A stretch of DNA of 64,000 nt, taken from NCBI RefSeq assembly GCF_009914755.1, contig NC_060932.1; one strand, written 5' to 3'. This document shows positions 58,951 to 64,000 of the stretch, one piece after another. The translations under genes were made by a program, and so were the position numbers. Numbering within the stretch: position 1 is the first letter of the stretch; each line of letters starts with the position of its first letter. This stretch comes from the human T2T-CHM13v2.0 reference genome, Homo sapiens. The notes under the pieces are model-generated. The model saw only the letters and a program-made list of their open reading frames with translations, searched no databases and was not told the origin of the DNA.

Positions 58951-59752
58951 AGCCATAGATACGTGAACATTTTTCACTTCCCAAGTAATCCTATGCTTTT
59001 ACAGCCCTAGGTATTGTAGAGTTCAAATGGAAATTTCTTTGCCCATTCTGAGGTATACTTAATCATAAGGTGCATATGATATTTCTATGTTTGTGGTTAT
59101 CGTTGATGTGCAGCCAGATACTACGTGCAAATTTGGAAATGTTGAACTCTCTGACTGAGGTTCTATGAGAACACAATGGAAAATAATTGCGTTTGCTTCC
59201 CCATCCTGCCATCATTCTGACCTGGCATCCTCTCCTCTTACCATATAGATAGACTTCCTGGCTTAGCTAGCTTCCTCTTTCCTGGTTCACTCTCTAGGAA
59301 TCTGAAGAGTGGCTTTCTGACTTTCTACCTAATACCATTCTAAGCACCAGTCCTTCCCACCTGTCCTTCTAAGACCCTGGCACGATACATTTATAAATGA
59401 AAGCTTATTAATCTCTACTCCTATTGCCATGCAAAATCACAAACCAAACCAACAAATATTAAAGTGAAATATTGCATCAGTTGCATCTAAGTGCAACATT
59501 TTGATTACATAATGAAGTTGAGGTCTGTGGATGACTGAGAATAGAACGATAATTACAAAGAACAGCAGTTTCTCCTTTCAGAGGCCTATAGGCCATCATC
59601 AGACAATAAGTCTCTTTCTATAACTAAAGACTTGCCCACCACATAATACTGTTCCCAAAGCTCTATCTTCAATTCCCTTCCCTTTCAGTAATATCCAAAA
59701 CCAAGTGTGGTGAGGGGAGCTTACATCTGTTTCTGTTTAGAAATTTAATGCC

Positions 59753-60717
59753 TGCAGTGGGCAGGATTCTAAGATAGCCCTAAAATTCTCATCCCTTTTG
59801 TACATACCTTGTGGAATCCTCTCCCCTTGAGTGAGTGAGGAACCAATGACTATGACAGGATATTACTCCTGTGATTTGCTACTAATCAGGTGACTTGAGT
59901 TAATTCAAAGAGATTATTCTGGGTGAGACTGACCTGATCAGAAGGCCCTTTGAAAGAAGGTGATGTGGAGTAGATGGATGGTTACCAGAGGCTGCGAAGG
60001 GTAGTGGGGGAACTGGTGAGGGGTGAGGGGAGGTGGGGATGGTTAATGCATTCAAAATATAGAAAGAATGAATAATGCATACTGTTTGATGGCACAACAT
60101 GGAGGCTATAGTCAATAATAACTTAATTGTACATTTTTAAATAACTGAAAGAGTGTAATTGGATTGTTCGTAACACAAAGGATAGATGCTTGAGGGGATG
60201 GATACCCCATTCTCCATGATGTGATTATTTCACATTGCATGCCTGTATCAAAACATCTCATGTACCTCATAAATGTATACATCTACTGTGTATCCACAAA
60301 ATTTAAAGAATACAATTTTTTTAAAGAAAATGATATGTCAGGAAAACGTGTTCCTGTTAGCCTGGAAGAAAACAAATAGCCATGCTTTAAACTACCTCTG
60401 GGGTCCGTGTGGCATGACATAGTGGGTGGCTTCAGGAGCTGAGAGAAGCCTCTGGCTAAGAAAGAGCAAGAAAACAGGGATGTCAGTCACAGGGCTTCAA
60501 GGAAGTGAATTCTGCTAACTGTTGCTTGGAAAAGGATCTTTACCCTCACATGAGAATTCCAGCCTTGGCTAGAACCTTGATTTCAGTCTGGTGAAAACAT
60601 GAGTAGAAGACTCAGCTAACAAGTGTTTGGACTCCTGACCCTGGAAACTATAAAATAATATATCTGTGTGATTTTAAACCTCTATGTTTTGTTATGCATC
60701 AATAGAAAACTAATAAA
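59753..60717 (+). mobile_element. MLT1 (E/F-like) solo LTR interrupted by an L1
   Basis: tgcagtgggcaggattctaagatagccc...gagattattctgggtg | insertion | cctggaagaa...ggaagtgaattctgc...ttgttatgcatcaatagaaaactaata. Confidence 0.85.
59968..60322 (+). mobile_element. L1MA2/3-like 3' end nested in the MLT1 LTR
   Basis: gatggttaccagaggctg...gtgtaattggattgttcgtaacacaaaggatagatgcttgaggggatggatacccc. TSD aaagaaggtgatgtg (59953-59967) / aaagaaaatgatatg (60323-60337). Confidence 0.9.
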
Positions 60718-61099
60718 TGGTCTGAGGCTCCCACGAACCTTAACTCCTTTAATCCACCCATAGGTCTCAGAAGTCCCAACTAGGCTTCAGTCTTGGCACT
60801 CTCTTTCAATGGACCTAGTATTGCTTAGGTCTTTTTGATTATATCATCCTTAAATCAATAATAAAATTAATTTTAACAAAATCTAAAATTATTTTTATGA
60901 GTGTATAATGCAATATAATCATGTGCAAGTATGTAATAGTTAGTGTAGCTTTAGTTCAAAACTAACTTTTGAAGGGGATAAAATATATTATAATATCTAA
61001 CCACCATTGATCTGTGAAGGGCCTATATGTGTTGAACACAAGATACTTACCTGTGACTGTTTCTAATCCCACTATGGCGTCTCCAAATGACTCATGTGC

Positions 61100-62690
61100 T
61101 AGCTTCTCACATTTTGAATAAGTGTGCACTGAATGTCATCCCCTCTTTTTAACTAGAGGGCATCGGTGCTGTGTCTAAATTCTCCCCTCTCTCATAATCA
61201 TCATTTACTCCCTATCCTCTGCATACTTTTCATTAATATAGAAGCATATTATTTTTCTCCTGTCTTCATAACAATACCTCTCTTTTCAACCCCTTCAGCT
61301 ACTACTCTTTTCCCATAAACTGAAACTGCCCAGAAGAGTTGGCTAAATTTTCTACAATTCTTCCTCTTTCATTCTTCTTCTTGCATATACATCAGTCAGA
61401 CTTCCATCCCCAATATCTCACCCCATCTACTCTTAACAAGAGCTCCAGTCCTCAATCTGACTTAGTGGTATTTGACCAATTTAATTACTCCCTTCCCCTG
61501 GGAAAGTTTTCTTCACGTGGCTTCCTGCACACAACTCTCCCAGTGTTGCTCTTCTCATTGACTCTTATTTCTCAGCCTCCTATGCTGATTCCTCTTCATT
61601 TCCTTAACTTCTAAAATTAGGCTTGCTCAGAGTGTCAGATTTTGGGTCACTTCTTTTTACCTACATTTGGTGATCTTATCCAATCCTACTCTGATGACTC
61701 AAGTTCGTATCTTTATGGCTCTCACCTCTGAATTGTAGACTTGCATATTCTATTACTTATAGATACCACTACTGCAATGTTTAATAGTAACCTCAAACTT
61801 CGTGTACCTAAAATCACGCTTTTGCTTTTCCCTCTAAACCTAAATTTCCTGTGGTCTTTCCCATTTTGTCATATAGCATCTCAATCATTCTAGGTTCACA
61901 GGCAAAAAAAGAAAAAAAAGTCACCTTGGCTTCTTGACTCCTTTTTTTTAACGTCCACATAGAATCTGCTAGCGAATCCTGATTGCTACCTCCGAAATGT
62001 ATCCAGAATCTGATCTCCTATTAACACGAACGCTGTCATCATTCTGTTTCAAGCGATGATCATTATCACAGTGGTCTTCAAGGTGATTTTCAGCTTCTGC
62101 CTTCATCTTCCTACAACTTGTTGTCAAACACAGTAGCCAAAAAAAATCTTTAAAAACATAATTTAGATTACTTTATAGTTAATGTTCTCCAACGTTTCTT
62201 ATATCCATTAAGATAAAAGCCCAAATCATTAAAATGGGCCGTATTACAATAGCTCAAAAGGATTGCTTCCCACCCCCGTATTGCACTGTCTCAGACCTCC
62301 TCCTTTTCTGTTATTCTTCCCTCCTTTCTGGTCACTGAACTCTTCTCTCTGTCTTGCTGTTCCCTATGCCTGGAATGTTCTGTCTTCACATCTCTTTATC
62401 TCCTTCAGATCTTTGCTTTCTTCTCACTGAGGATTTTACTAACCATTCTTTTTAAAATCATAATCATTCACTACACCCTGACACCTCTTCTCCTATCTTG
62501 CTTTATTTTTTCCATATGTAACACAATCTGATATGCTAAAAATGTATTTCATTTATTTATTGACTGTCCCCTTACCCACATTAAATGAAAAGCTCCTTCA
62601 GAGCAGGCATTTTAGCCTATTCAGTTAACTGTATATCCCCAACATGGAAAAAGGAGTTGGCACATGGTAGGTGCTCAGCAAATATTTGGA
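61100..62690 (+). mobile_element. Long L2 fragment (ORF2 3' part and tail)
   Basis: cagtcagacttccatcccca..., tggtgatcttatccaatc...ctgatgactc, acctccgaaatgtatccagaatctga, ctgttccctatgcctggaatgttct, ggcacatggtaggtgctcagcaaatattt. Confidence 0.8.
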
Positions 62691-62893
62691 CTTTCCTTAA
62701 TAGCTAGAAATTACAACATATCACAAATTATTGCAATTTAGAAACACTGAATTCTAATGAATTCATAATTTACAAATGATTTTTCAATTAACACTTAGCC
62801 TTTTAGTTAATAAATGGAGGTCATGTTGAAAACTGATCTCTGAAGACACCCCTGAATCTCGCCTTATCAACGTTGTTATTAGAAAATAAGATA

Positions 62894-63184
62894 GGCCAGG
62901 CGCGGTAGCTCACGAGTATAATCCCAGCACTTTGGGAGGCCGAGGTGGGCGGATCATGAGCTCAGGAGTTCAAGACCAGCCTGGCCAAGATGATGAAACC
63001 CGGTCTCAAAAAAAAAAAAAAAAGCTAAGTGTGGTGGCACTTGCCTGTAATCCCAGCTACCTGGGAGGCTGAGCCAGAGAATTGCTTGAACCCAGGAGGC
63101 AGAGTTGCAGTGAGCCAAGATCGTGCCACTCTACTCCAGCCAGAGCAACAGAGTGAGACTTCATCTAAAAAAAAAGAAAAGAAA
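62894..63184 (+). mobile_element. Alu (AluSg-like) with homopolymeric middle A tract
   Basis: GGATCATGAGCTCAGGAGTTC, linker is A16. TSD agaaaataagata (62881-62893) / agaaaataggata (63185-63197). Confidence 0.93.
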
Positions 63185-63254
63185 AGAAAATAGGATAAAT
63201 ACATAAAATTCAAAAATTATCTATCACACAAAACCGAAGAAGTTATCATGGTAA

Positions 63255-63782
63255 AAATTGTTGATGATTTATTCGTACTCCATTAATCTCTTCTTTCTTC
63301 CCAACATAGGCACCATTTTATTCAAAGAATGGTGACTCTATTCTTGCCTACAGATGTGGATATAATTAGTCTAAGAAAGATTCTATTTCTTTGCCAGAGA
63401 TGTTCCAAAATGGGCACATCATCCTAATCTGATCAGTGAGACATTGGATGAGATTTGCTGGAAGCTTCTAGGAAAATCTTTAACTTCTAAAGGAGAGCCA
63501 TAGAAAGCTTCTCTTGCCTTCCTGTATGTGATCAAGAAAGCAGTAGCTCTGATTTTACTTGGCAGCTGCCATAGAATCATGAGAGTACATTATTTCATGA
63601 CTAATCTGTAGGAAGCACATCAGAGAGGAAGAACAAACCTGAAACTCTGATGACAGTGTTAAAGTCCTGCATCAATAAATTTTGAAGCTCACTCAATCTC
63701 TACCTTAATGAACTAAGTTTCCTTATTTTAGTAAGTTTTACAGAGGTAGTTGGTACCTGGAGCTAAAGGCATTCTAATTGTG
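63255..63782 (+). mobile_element. Old MLT1 (J/K-like) LTR
   Basis: attagtctaag...tttctttgccag...aatgggcaca...cagtgagaca...gcttctaggaaaa...ggcagctgccat...gctaaaggcattctaa. Confidence 0.6.
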
Positions 63783-64000
63783 AGAGCTAAAATATAAGCC
63801 ATCAGAGAAAATTCTGAAAAATTTCTAACACACCAGTATTACAGGACAAAATTCACAGAAGCAAATTTAGCAAGAAATTTAAATTTCAACATATACATTA
63901 CCAATCAGTTACCTAAAGGTAGGAGTGACCAGACTTAATAGCATTCACGTCAAAAGTATTTAACAGCTTTTATTGATGTAAACTGAATATAAACCAGCAA

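Noticed and set aside
61043-61053. ATACTTACCTG as the start of a U1 snRNA gene or pseudogene
   Set aside because: The following sequence does not continue as U1 (GCAGGGGAGATACC...). Kept only as a possible splice donor.

Overview
This is primate (human/ape-like) genomic DNA, AT-rich, CpG-poor and dominated by interspersed repeats, consistent with a large intron or intergenic region. I recognise no host protein-coding exon, tRNA, intact rRNA gene or CRISPR array, and I cannot name a host gene. Nearly all ORFs in the supplied track are repeat-derived or chance. Main content: (1) a 5'-intact but internally deleted L1PA element (2556-7098, minus) with dead ORF1/ORF2 and an open antisense ORF0; (2) about ten Alu copies plus a FLAM; (3) a complete MST (MaLR) provirus, THE1/MST/MLT1 solo LTRs and an HML-6-type LTR3 solo LTR; (4) a decayed ERV-L LTR+gag remnant; (5) Tigger/MER DNA transposons, L2/MIR fragments and microsatellites. 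I see no new multi-gene system. The most unusual observations are retrotransposon by-products: an inverted 5S rRNA fragment at an L1 5' junction inside the TSDs, an L1 deletion junction that creates a consensus splice donor, an intact ORF0, a TSD-Alu-TSD-Alu-TSD tandem duplication, and a duplicated ERV-L gag segment. Subfamily calls come from remembered consensus sequences, not a database search, and boundaries of old elements are approximate.
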